Shown here: positions 25,103-32,333 of the stretch, piece by piece
Layout: every line of letters begins with the position of its first letter
How positions within the stretch are numbered: the stretch's first letter is position 1
NCBI GenBank assembly: GCA_035275805.1
Contig: DATEMG010000417.1
Location: 1-49,522 of the forward strand
Direction: 5' to 3'
Origin: Blastocatellia bacterium
GTDB taxonomy: Bacteria; Acidobacteriota; Blastocatellia; RBC074
DNA length: 49,522 bases
Program-made: the position numbers and the translations under genes
The notes under the pieces: model-generated
Databases searched by the model: none
Told to the model about the DNA's origin: nothing
The model's input: the letters and a program-made list of their open reading frames with translations, nothing else

Positions 25103-25124
25103 CGATTTTGTGAGGAGGGTCCGG

Positions 25125-25919
25125 ATGATTCTTTGCCTGGACGTAGGAAACACTCAGATCTTCGGCGGCGTCTTTAAAGACCACAAGCTCGTCAGCGCGT
25201 TTCGAAAGAGTTCGACGAATGTGGCGTCCTCTGACGAATTTGGTCTCTTCCTGCGCGCCGTTCTCCGTGAAAGCGGTTACGATCCGTTGGAGACGCGACA
25301 GGTGGCGATCTGTTCCGTCGTGCCGAACCTCGTTCATCCGCTACGCGCCGCGTGCCTCAAGTATTTCGGCGGCGAACCGTTTCTCCTCCAGCCGGGAGTG
25401 AAGACTGGGCTGAAGATCAATTACAGGAACCCGATCGAGGTGGGCGCCGACAGGATCGCGAACGCCGTCGGCGCCATTCATCAGTTCCCAAATACCAACC
25501 TCATCGTCCTCGACATGGGAACCGCGAGCACTATTTGCGCTGTCTCCGCCGACCGGCAATATCTCGGCGGGGCGATTACAGCCGGCCTACGAATCTCGAT
25601 GGAGGCGCTCGAAGCAAAAACCGCCCGCCTGCCGGCCGTCGAAATCCTCAAACCCCCTTCCGTGGTCGGACGCTCGACTGTAGAGAGCATTCAATCGGGG
25701 CTTTTTTTCGGCGCCGCCGGCTCGATCCGCGAGATCACAGGGCGGATGAAGGACGAATGTTTTCACGGGCAAACGGCGCCTTTAGTGATAGGCACCGGCG
25801 GGTTCAGCAGATTGTTTGAAGGGGAAGGTCTCTTTGATAAACTCATTCCGGATCTCGTCCTACACGGACTTTACACCGTTCTGCAGATGAATGGGGGTTC
25901 CGATGACGCGAATTCGTGA
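25125..25919 (+). CDS. coaX: Type III pantothenate kinase
   Basis: [17 protein letters not shown] is the typical CoaX N-terminus. Other matches: [24 protein letters not shown] and GTGGF. I chose ATG 25125 (GAGGAGG upstream) over the track's GTG 25110. Confidence 0.9.
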   Translation: MILCLDVGNTQIFGGVFKDHKLVSAFRKSSTNVASSDEFGLFLRAVLRESGYDPLETRQVAICSVVPNLVHPLRAACLKYFGGEPFLLQPGVKTGLKINYRNPIEVGADRIANAVGAIHQFPNTNLIVLDMGTASTICAVSADRQYLGGAITAGLRISMEALEAKTARLPAVEILKPPSVVGRSTVESIQSGLFFGAAGSIREITGRMKDECFHGQTAPLVIGTGGFSRLFEGEGLFDKLIPDLVLHGLYTVLQMNGGSDDANS

Positions 25920-26167
25920 CTGGAAAGGAATGGGAGACAGGTCCGCTCGTCTCCTCAAGGAGCGAACCGGCGAGGATGTAGACGTGTGGAACCGGCGCGT
26001 CAAGAAGGAGAGCTTTAACCATGAGAAGGCCTCCGCAGCCCGGCGGACGGTTGCAGCCCTCCAAGATTCACAGCGCCATGCGACTCCAGATCAGCTTCAC
26101 GACAGGCGATGAGGTAGATTCCGAGGCGCTGGATTGGCTGCAGCGGGCATATGATCGGAGTTGCTGA
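25903..26167 (+). pseudogene. Probable remnant of a small DUF4287/DUF5655-like gene (internally deleted or frameshifted)
   Basis: The N-terminal part ([43 protein letters not shown]) and, in a different frame, a C-terminal tail (MRLQISFTTGDEVDSEALDWLQRAYDRSC*, stop 26165-26167) both look like the ends of one small protein family. The family assignment is from memory and weak. Confidence 0.25.
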
Positions 26168-26176
26168 CGGAACGAG

Positions 26177-26599
26177 ATGCGCAAGACCATTATCCTCTAC
26201 GGCGTCGCTTTGGCGGCGTTGACCGCAATTTTGAAGTTCATCGAATATCGCTTCTTCGTCCGAGACCTTTCGCTGGAATTTTATCTCGGCGCGGTGGCCG
26301 TCTTATTCGCCGGGATAGGCGTGTGGGCGGGACAGAGGCTCACCCGCAGAAAAGTCGTCATCGCTACGCCGGACTTTAAACTCAACGATGGGGAACTTCA
26401 GCGGCTCGGCATCAGCAAACGTGAGTACGAAGTGCTGGAACTGATGGCGCACGGGCTATCCAACCAGGAGATCGCCGATAAACTTTTCGTCTCGCTCAAT
26501 ACCATAAAAACCCACTCCTCTAATCTTTTTATGAAACTGGATGCGCGTCGGCGCACTCAAGCTGTCCGACGGGCGAAAGAACTCGGGCTGTTGCCCTAA
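26177..26599 (+). CDS. Membrane-anchored LuxR/GerE-family transcriptional regulator (2 TM helices + HTH)
   Basis: 140 aa. Two N-terminal hydrophobic helices. C-terminal ISKREYEVLELMAHGLSNQEIADKLFVSLNTIKTHSSNLFMKL is a LuxR-type HTH. Confidence 0.85.
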   Translation: MRKTIILYGVALAALTAILKFIEYRFFVRDLSLEFYLGAVAVLFAGIGVWAGQRLTRRKVVIATPDFKLNDGELQRLGISKREYEVLELMAHGLSNQEIADKLFVSLNTIKTHSSNLFMKLDARRRTQAVRRAKELGLLP

Positions 26600-26770
26600 C
26601 TTTCGGGTGATTTTTCTCCTCTGCCTTCAAAATCACACTTTCGGCTGATGCGGCCCCGCCCTGCTTCTGCTTATATTTCAGGCGATCGCACAGTATCGCA
26701 TCGGTACGGTACCGCCATGTGTTCCGATGTTGTACGCCCCGATTTGCATACGCTTACTAGGAGAAAAACT

Positions 26771-27307
26771 ATGCGAAAAGTGACTCTAACGTTCGGCTTG
26801 ATAGCCGGCGCCATCGTCTCTGGTTTCATGATCATTGGCTTAGCGCTTTATGAAAAAAACGGGAAGATATTCGTTAACGAGTTGATCGGCTACGCAACGA
26901 TGGTCATCGCGCTGTCGATGGTCTTTTTCGGGATCAAATCGTACCGCGACAATTATCAGAAAGGCGTGATCAACTTTTGGAAAGGATTTCAAGTGGGACT
27001 GCTCATTGCGCTGATCGCATCGCTCATGTACGCGATCACGTGGGAGGCCTACATTCAAACGCGTCCCGCGGGCGCCGCATCCTTTATGGATACGTACACC
27101 GATACTGTCATCAAAAAGAAGAAGGAGAAAGGCGCTTCGGCCGCGGAAATCGATCAGGAAGTCAAGAGAATGGACTATTTCAGGAAAATATATAGCAATC
27201 CGGCGTTTCGTTTTGGCATGACTCTGATGGAAATTCTGCCGGTGGGAATACTCATCACCTTGATCAGCGCGGCGGTGTTGAGGAAAAAAGAATTTCTTCC
27301 GGCGTGA
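26771..27307 (+). CDS. DUF4199-family membrane protein
   Basis: The start is set at ATG 26771 (AGGAGAAAAACT upstream). Four hydrophobic helices and a Lys-rich loop (VIKKKKEKGASAAEIDQEVKRM) are typical of DUF4199. The track's longer start lacks support. Confidence 0.7.
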   Translation: MRKVTLTFGLIAGAIVSGFMIIGLALYEKNGKIFVNELIGYATMVIALSMVFFGIKSYRDNYQKGVINFWKGFQVGLLIALIASLMYAITWEAYIQTRPAGAASFMDTYTDTVIKKKKEKGASAAEIDQEVKRMDYFRKIYSNPAFRFGMTLMEILPVGILITLISAAVLRKKEFLPA

Positions 27308-27347
27308 ATATAGAAGTCTCTAGCTACAGTATAGAAAGGAGCAACTT

Positions 27348-27719
27348 ATGGAATTAGGCGCGTTTTCAATTAGCCTGGCAGTCAAGGATCTCGGAGCTTC
27401 GAGGGCCTTTTACGAGAAGTTTGGTTTCAAGGTCTTCGCCGGTGATGCGTCGAAGAACTATCTGATGATGAAGAACGGAGATCACGTAATTGGGCTATTT
27501 CATGGAATGTTCGAGAAGAACATCCTCACTTTCAACCCGGGCTGGGACCAAAACGCCCAGAAACTGGCCACGTTCACCGACATCCGCGAACTGCAGCGTC
27601 AGTTGAAGGCCCAAGGCGTGCAATTGCAACATGAGGCTGACGAGAGCTCTACAGGGCCGGCCAGTTTCATCGCTATCGACCCGGATGGAAATCCGATCCT
27701 CGTCGATCAACACGTGTAA
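27348..27719 (+). CDS. VOC-family (glyoxalase/bleomycin-resistance fold) protein
   Basis: 123 aa. SISLAVKDLGASRAFYEKFGFKV...IAIDPDGNPILVDQH. An AAAGGAG RBS is present. Confidence 0.8.
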   Translation: MELGAFSISLAVKDLGASRAFYEKFGFKVFAGDASKNYLMMKNGDHVIGLFHGMFEKNILTFNPGWDQNAQKLATFTDIRELQRQLKAQGVQLQHEADESSTGPASFIAIDPDGNPILVDQHV

Positions 27720-27764
27720 GAATTTGATTCTGAAACGACAAACATTATCTTTCGAGGAACGCAG

Positions 27765-28148
27765 ATGAAGATAATATTGACCAGCGTGATGGTAGATGAC
27801 CAGGAGAAGGCCCTTAAATTTTACACTGAAGTTCTGGGCTTCGTTAAAAAGAACGACATACCACTGGGGGAAGACAGATGGCTGACGGTCGTCTCGCCCG
27901 AAGGGCCGGACGATGTGGAATTGTTGCTGGAGCCAATGGGATTTCCACCGGCCAGGACTTACCAGAAAGCGCTGTTCGAGGCGGGAATACCTTTGACATC
28001 ATTCGCCGTCGATGACATTCACAAAGAATACGAAAGAATGACGAAGCTGGGCGTGGTCTTCAAGACGGCGCCGACCCAAATGGGGCCAGTGACCATAGCT
28101 GTTTTTGAGGACACATGCGGTAATCTGATACAGATGGCGCAGGCATAA
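27765..28148 (+). CDS. VOC-family (glyoxalase/bleomycin-resistance fold) protein
   Basis: 127 aa. VMVDDQEKALKFYTEVLGFVKKNDIPLG..RWLTV...FAVDDIHKEYERMTKLGVVF...AVFEDTCGNLIQM. Confidence 0.85.
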   Translation: MKIILTSVMVDDQEKALKFYTEVLGFVKKNDIPLGEDRWLTVVSPEGPDDVELLLEPMGFPPARTYQKALFEAGIPLTSFAVDDIHKEYERMTKLGVVFKTAPTQMGPVTIAVFEDTCGNLIQMAQA

Positions 28149-28367
28149 GCTTTCACACCATTCTGCTCCGACCTCGGTCTTTGTTTATGCCGACATCGAA
28201 GCAGACCTGCGGCAGGCCGGCGCTTGGTAGCGCTTCGAAGAAGGGTCGTGAAATAGACTGCCCGGATGTGGAAAATTTCGCGGTACCGTGCAATCCTTTG
28301 CATAATTTCCGTTCGAAGATTTATCGGGCCTCGATATCCCAAGACACACAGACTGGAAAGGATTGAT

Positions 28368-28895
28368 ATGACAGTTGCGGTACGAACACTTTGGCTTTTG
28401 GGCTTTTGCCTTCTTTTCTGCCTCACTGTAGTGGCGCAGAGCAACCGCGGTCCTTCGACTCCGGAGGAACGCGCTACCGCAGTCAAGTCCGCGCGCTTAC
28501 TCGAAACGGATCCATTCAACAAAGACGCTAAAAAAGCTCGAGAATGGTTTTTAAAGTGGTTGATTGAAGTGCCAGACATTTCTGTTGAAATATGTACGGA
28601 CTACCTGTCTCCGCTTTATGGAAAGAAAAAAAATAATGAGGCCGAGCTTGCTATACAAATGACTCTTTCCAGCGCGGCTTTTATTATTGAAAATCCAGAC
28701 AAGGCGAAAGATGGAGTGGCGGTCAATCTGGCCGGAGTCGAAGGAACGCTCAAAATGTACGAGTCCATCCTCAAGAGCAAACCAGACGCGAAAAACGATT
28801 TTCTCGATCAACTAATCGCCAAACGCGATAAGGGAGAACTCAGGGCTTACGTCGAAGACATAGCCGCCAACAAATGCAAGGGTGGTAAAAAATAG
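28368..28895 (+). CDS. Secreted hypothetical protein
   Basis: The start is set at ATG 28368 (MTVAVRTLWLLGFCLLFCLTVVAQS is a signal peptide). Codon usage is AT-richer than in neighbouring genes. I recognise no family. Confidence 0.5.
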   Translation: MTVAVRTLWLLGFCLLFCLTVVAQSNRGPSTPEERATAVKSARLLETDPFNKDAKKAREWFLKWLIEVPDISVEICTDYLSPLYGKKKNNEAELAIQMTLSSAAFIIENPDKAKDGVAVNLAGVEGTLKMYESILKSKPDAKNDFLDQLIAKRDKGELRAYVEDIAANKCKGGKK

Positions 28896-28918
28896 GCGCA
28901 TCAGCTTTGTTCTTCATA

Positions 28919-29665
28919 TCAGCCATCATCGGCCTGCGCCTTGCCGAGTCGCTGCACCGCCGCCGAGAACGCCGAGCTTCGGCGTCGCGAGACTGGGATT
29001 CGAGCGCCGCAGCCGAGCGACGCGATCAGCGCGCCTGTGTGGTCTCGAATTAACTCTCGCACGCCGTCGAGTCGAACCAGCGCGCGCCGGTGGGCGCGGA
29101 TGAAACCGTGTTTGCGCATGCGCTCTTCCAATAATTGAAGCGACTCGCGCAGGAAATAACTGCGCGGACCGACCCATAATTGCGCGTAATTGCCGGCCGC
29201 TTCGATCCAGTCAATTTCGGCTATGTTGAGCACCGTTGCGCCTCTTGAGGTTGTCACCACGATGTTCTCGTCGCGCGTCGCCGTCGCCGCCGAACGCAGC
29301 CGTTTCATCAAGCGCTTCATCGTTGCGGCGAATCGCGCCTCGCTTACTGGCTTCACCAGGTAGTCGATCGCCTCGGCCTCGAACGCGCGGACTGCGAACT
29401 GATCGAAGGCGGTAAGAAACACCACTTCCGGCATCCGCTCTACGGTTCGGCGGCGGATAACTTCGAAGCCGTCTATGCCCGGCATCTGAATGTCGAGGAA
29501 GATCACGTCCGGCGCCGAGGCGTTCAGCGCCGCGAGCGCCTCGGCGCCGTTGCGACATTCGCCGGCGACGGTGAACTCCGGAAACGCCGCCAACAGTTGT
29601 CGCACGCCCCGGCGCGCGGCCGGTTCGTCATCGACTATCAGGACTTTCCACTCAGCTTGCATCAT
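28919..29665 (-). CDS. LytR/AlgR-family response regulator (REC + LytTR DNA-binding domain)
   Basis: VLIVDDEPAARRGVRQLL...DVIFLDIQMPGIDGF forms the REC domain. C-terminal IDWIEAAGNYAQLWVG...Y.LRESL..LEERM....FIRAHRRALV is a LytTR domain. A 4-nt overlap links it to the upstream kinase gene. Confidence 0.9.
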   Translation of the reverse strand: MMQAEWKVLIVDDEPAARRGVRQLLAAFPEFTVAGECRNGAEALAALNASAPDVIFLDIQMPGIDGFEVIRRRTVERMPEVVFLTAFDQFAVRAFEAEAIDYLVKPVSEARFAATMKRLMKRLRSAATATRDENIVVTTSRGATVLNIAEIDWIEAAGNYAQLWVGPRSYFLRESLQLLEERMRKHGFIRAHRRALVRLDGVRELIRDHTGALIASLGCGARIPVSRRRSSAFSAAVQRLGKAQADDG

Positions 29666-30927
29666 TGTTCGACTCCAGGGCTCGACTCTGGAACCATTTC
29701 ACGATACGGCGTTCTCAGCGTGGCGATTGTACCGCCTTCCGCGCGCCTGGCTATATCGAGCGAGGCGCGTTCGCCGTACAAAGCGCGCAATCGCTCTCGC
29801 GTGTTTTCGACGCCGTGGCCCTCCGGGCTGACGAGTTCCGCGTCAACGCCCGCCCCGTCGTCTGCGACCGAGAGTTCGAGCATTTCGCCCTCGCGACGCG
29901 CTGCTATGACCAGGCGGCCCGCGTCGGGGCTCCTCGCAATGCCATGACGAATCGCGTTCTCCACTAAATGTTGCAGCGCGAAGCTGGGCGTCGCGGCGGA
30001 CAAGAGCGAGTCGTCTATGTCGAATTCGGGGCGCAGCCGGTCGGAGAACCGCGCCTCTTCTATGGCGACGTATCGCCGGACGAGTTCAAGCTCTTCGCCT
30101 AGAGGAACTTCATTCGCGCGATGGCTGCTCAGGGTCGTCCGCAACACGTCGCTCAACTGTTCGACGATGCGCACGGCGGCCAGACGGTCGTCGTCGCGCA
30201 CGAGCACGGCGATCGTATTTAGCGTATTGAAGAGAAAGTGCGGATTCACCTGCGCTTGCAGCGCGGCGAAACGGGCGTTCGAGAGTTGCTCGGAAAGGCG
30301 GGCCAACTGCGCGTCGCGCTCGCGCGCTTCGACGAAGTAACGAACGGCATGTTCAACGCCGACTACACAGAGGTAGACGGCGACTCCGAACGGCAACGTA
30401 GTGAATATCCAGCTCAGCCAGTCCAGACCGGCCTTACGAAAAAACTGACCGGCCTCGATCGCCGCGCGCAGAGCGTTCGGATCTAACAACGCCATCAGCG
30501 CCCAATGCAGCAACTTGCCGCACGTTGCCCAGGCCACACAGAACAGCAGTGAGATCAGAAGATGCAGCGACGCGCGGCGCGCGAGATATGGCCTTACCAT
30601 CGGCAGGCGCTGCGAGATCGCGAAGACCATCGGAGTGAGAAAGGCGTAGAGAAACCAATCACCGCTCTCCCACAGCAGTTCGCGCGCAGTCACGGGATCC
30701 CACCCGCTTATATGCGTTTGGGCGATCCGGTTGATGGCGGCGAATCCAGCGGGCAGTATCCACGCGGCCGAAACGAGCATCCATGGTCTAAGAAATTGGG
30801 GTCGAAGACGTCGAGAGATTCGCACCCGTTCAAAGTATTGCAGGCAGGGCCTGGAGGCAAGAGTGGCGCGTACGCCCGTACGATTGATGACCGTTCGCGT
30901 CAGCAGACGCGCCGCTCGCGTATTCAC
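29662..30927 (-). CDS. LytS/YehU-type sensor histidine kinase (multi-TM, His_kinase, HATPase_c)
   Basis: QAQVNPHFLFNTLNTIAVLV is the diagnostic histidine region of this kinase class. HATPase blocks LVENAIRHG and DDGAG are present. The start is uncertain: GTG 30927 or ATG 30780. Confidence 0.85.
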   Translation of the reverse strand: MNTRAARLLTRTVINRTGVRATLASRPCLQYFERVRISRRLRPQFLRPWMLVSAAWILPAGFAAINRIAQTHISGWDPVTARELLWESGDWFLYAFLTPMVFAISQRLPMVRPYLARRASLHLLISLLFCVAWATCGKLLHWALMALLDPNALRAAIEAGQFFRKAGLDWLSWIFTTLPFGVAVYLCVVGVEHAVRYFVEARERDAQLARLSEQLSNARFAALQAQVNPHFLFNTLNTIAVLVRDDDRLAAVRIVEQLSDVLRTTLSSHRANEVPLGEELELVRRYVAIEEARFSDRLRPEFDIDDSLLSAATPSFALQHLVENAIRHGIARSPDAGRLVIAARREGEMLELSVADDGAGVDAELVSPEGHGVENTRERLRALYGERASLDIARRAEGGTIATLRTPYREMVPESSPGVEQ

Positions 30928-30989
30928 GGTTGTCGCCTAACATCCCACGACTTAGATTGCGGACTCCTAAGCGCTCAACTCGGAGAAAA

Positions 30990-31076
30990 GCCTTTGCGAC
31001 CTTTGCGCCTTTGCGCCTTTGCGAGAAGCTCGCCTCACGATGACTGGGTTCTCGCAAAGGCGCAAAGACGCAAAGG
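30990..31076. repeat. Octamer-based hairpin, copy A: (CCTTTGCG)x4 ... (CGCAAAGG)x3
   Basis: Left arm 30990-31027: GCCTTTGCGACCTTTGCGCCTTTGCGCCTTTGCGAGAA. Right arm 31049-31076: TTCTCGCAAAGGCGCAAAGACGCAAAGG. A second copy lies at 46198-46271. Confidence 0.8.
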
Positions 31077-31143
31077 TTTTCTGGTAGCCCGGCTCGGCCT
31101 GAGCGCGTGTGGCGTAAACATTAGACTTTCGGAGGTTACTACG

Positions 31144-32121
31144 ATGATTCTGCGAATTTCCATTGCTTCTCTTTTGTCATTCATTCTTGGCGCAGCGCTA
31201 TTCGCGGCCATCAATCCTGTCGATGGCTCCGTAGCGAAAGCTGCGACCGCGCAAACCCAGGACGACCGGGCGGCTGATGCGGCGGCCATCCGCGCGCACA
31301 TAGAGAGCATCTTCCAGGCCTTTATCGACGGCGACATTGAAAAGATTCAGGCGACGCATTCGGATGATTGGCGGGGATTCCTTGAAGGCTCCGACGTTCC
31401 GATCAAAGGCATTGACGAATACATGCGAGCGAACGGCATCGAGTGGCCGAGACCCGCCAACGCGCCAAAAACGATTCCTTATTTCCCGGCCGGCACGCGC
31501 TATCGGGTCAGTAACTTCGACGTCCACTTTTATAGCCCCGAGCTGGCGGTGGCCTCCTTTTTCGGCGACTTCGAAAGGAACGTCGGCGGCGTTACCATCA
31601 CGATGCGGCGATTCCGCATAATGGACGTCTACGCCAAACGGAAAGGGAACTGGATTCAGGTCGCGTCTCACACGGTGATTGATCCTGACTGGCGGCTGGA
31701 GCAAATGTCGAAGCCGGCGACCGTAACGCCACAAATTCGCCAGCAAGTGCTGGCTACGCGAGAAGCCGTTTGGAGGGCCTATTTCGCGAATGATCGGGCC
31801 GCATTGGAGAAGCTGGTTCCTGAAGAAGGGACCGCCATCGATAATGGTTCGGTTGAGTGGTCTGATCGAGCGGTGATCCTTGCTGACGCCAAAAGCTTTG
31901 CCGACAGTGGCGGGAAATTGGTGAGACTCGAGTTTCCGAAGACTGAGATGAAGATATACGGCAACGCCGTTATCGTTTACACTACTTACATCTGTGAAAT
32001 CGAAGCGAATGGGAAACGCAGGAAGGTAAGCGGTCGTGGCACGGAAATCTTTGTCCGGCGCGGAAATGAATTCGTCCACCCCCACTGGCACCTCGACTCA
32101 AAATCATTAGACGCCCAGTAA
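31144..32121 (+). CDS. Secreted protein with two SnoaL-like/DUF4440 (NTF2-fold) domains
   Basis: The start is set at ATG 31144 (MILRISIASLLSFILGAALFAA). There are two similar halves: IRAHIESIFQAFIDGDIEKIQATHSDDWRGF... and TREAVWRAYFANDRAALEKLVPEE.... The track ORF from 30562 is an antisense extension over the kinase gene and the repeat. Confidence 0.65.
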   Translation: MILRISIASLLSFILGAALFAAINPVDGSVAKAATAQTQDDRAADAAAIRAHIESIFQAFIDGDIEKIQATHSDDWRGFLEGSDVPIKGIDEYMRANGIEWPRPANAPKTIPYFPAGTRYRVSNFDVHFYSPELAVASFFGDFERNVGGVTITMRRFRIMDVYAKRKGNWIQVASHTVIDPDWRLEQMSKPATVTPQIRQQVLATREAVWRAYFANDRAALEKLVPEEGTAIDNGSVEWSDRAVILADAKSFADSGGKLVRLEFPKTEMKIYGNAVIVYTTYICEIEANGKRRKVSGRGTEIFVRRGNEFVHPHWHLDSKSLDAQ

Positions 32122-32131
32122 TCTTGCGCCA

Positions 32132-32314
32132 ATGTGTTCAAGACCAAGACCAATCCTTGAAGCCGAACACAGGCAGGGTCATGCGGCTATGGCGTCTACG
32201 TCGCACAACGGAAAGCTGATCATCGCCACACGCAGCGGCCACCACGTCCAACTCGATGAGCCGGAACTCCTGGTCAAGGCGATCCGCGACACGCTGGCGG
32301 CGGCGCGAAAGTGA
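32132..32314 (+). pseudogene. C-terminal fragment of an alpha/beta-hydrolase gene
   Basis: GKLIIATRSGHHVQLDEPELLVKAIRDTL is the typical catalytic-His end of alpha/beta hydrolases. Only about 40 relevant codons remain, and no upstream nucleophile-elbow region exists. Confidence 0.4.
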
Positions 32315-32333
32315 GGGTTAGCATGTTGAGCCT

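Noticed and set aside
30562-31143. 5' extension of the SnoaL-like gene ORF (track start 30562, 519 aa).
   Set aside because: The extension runs antisense through the LytS-type kinase gene and through the CCTTTGCG hairpin. A signal-peptide-bearing ATG start at 31144 fits the domain boundaries.
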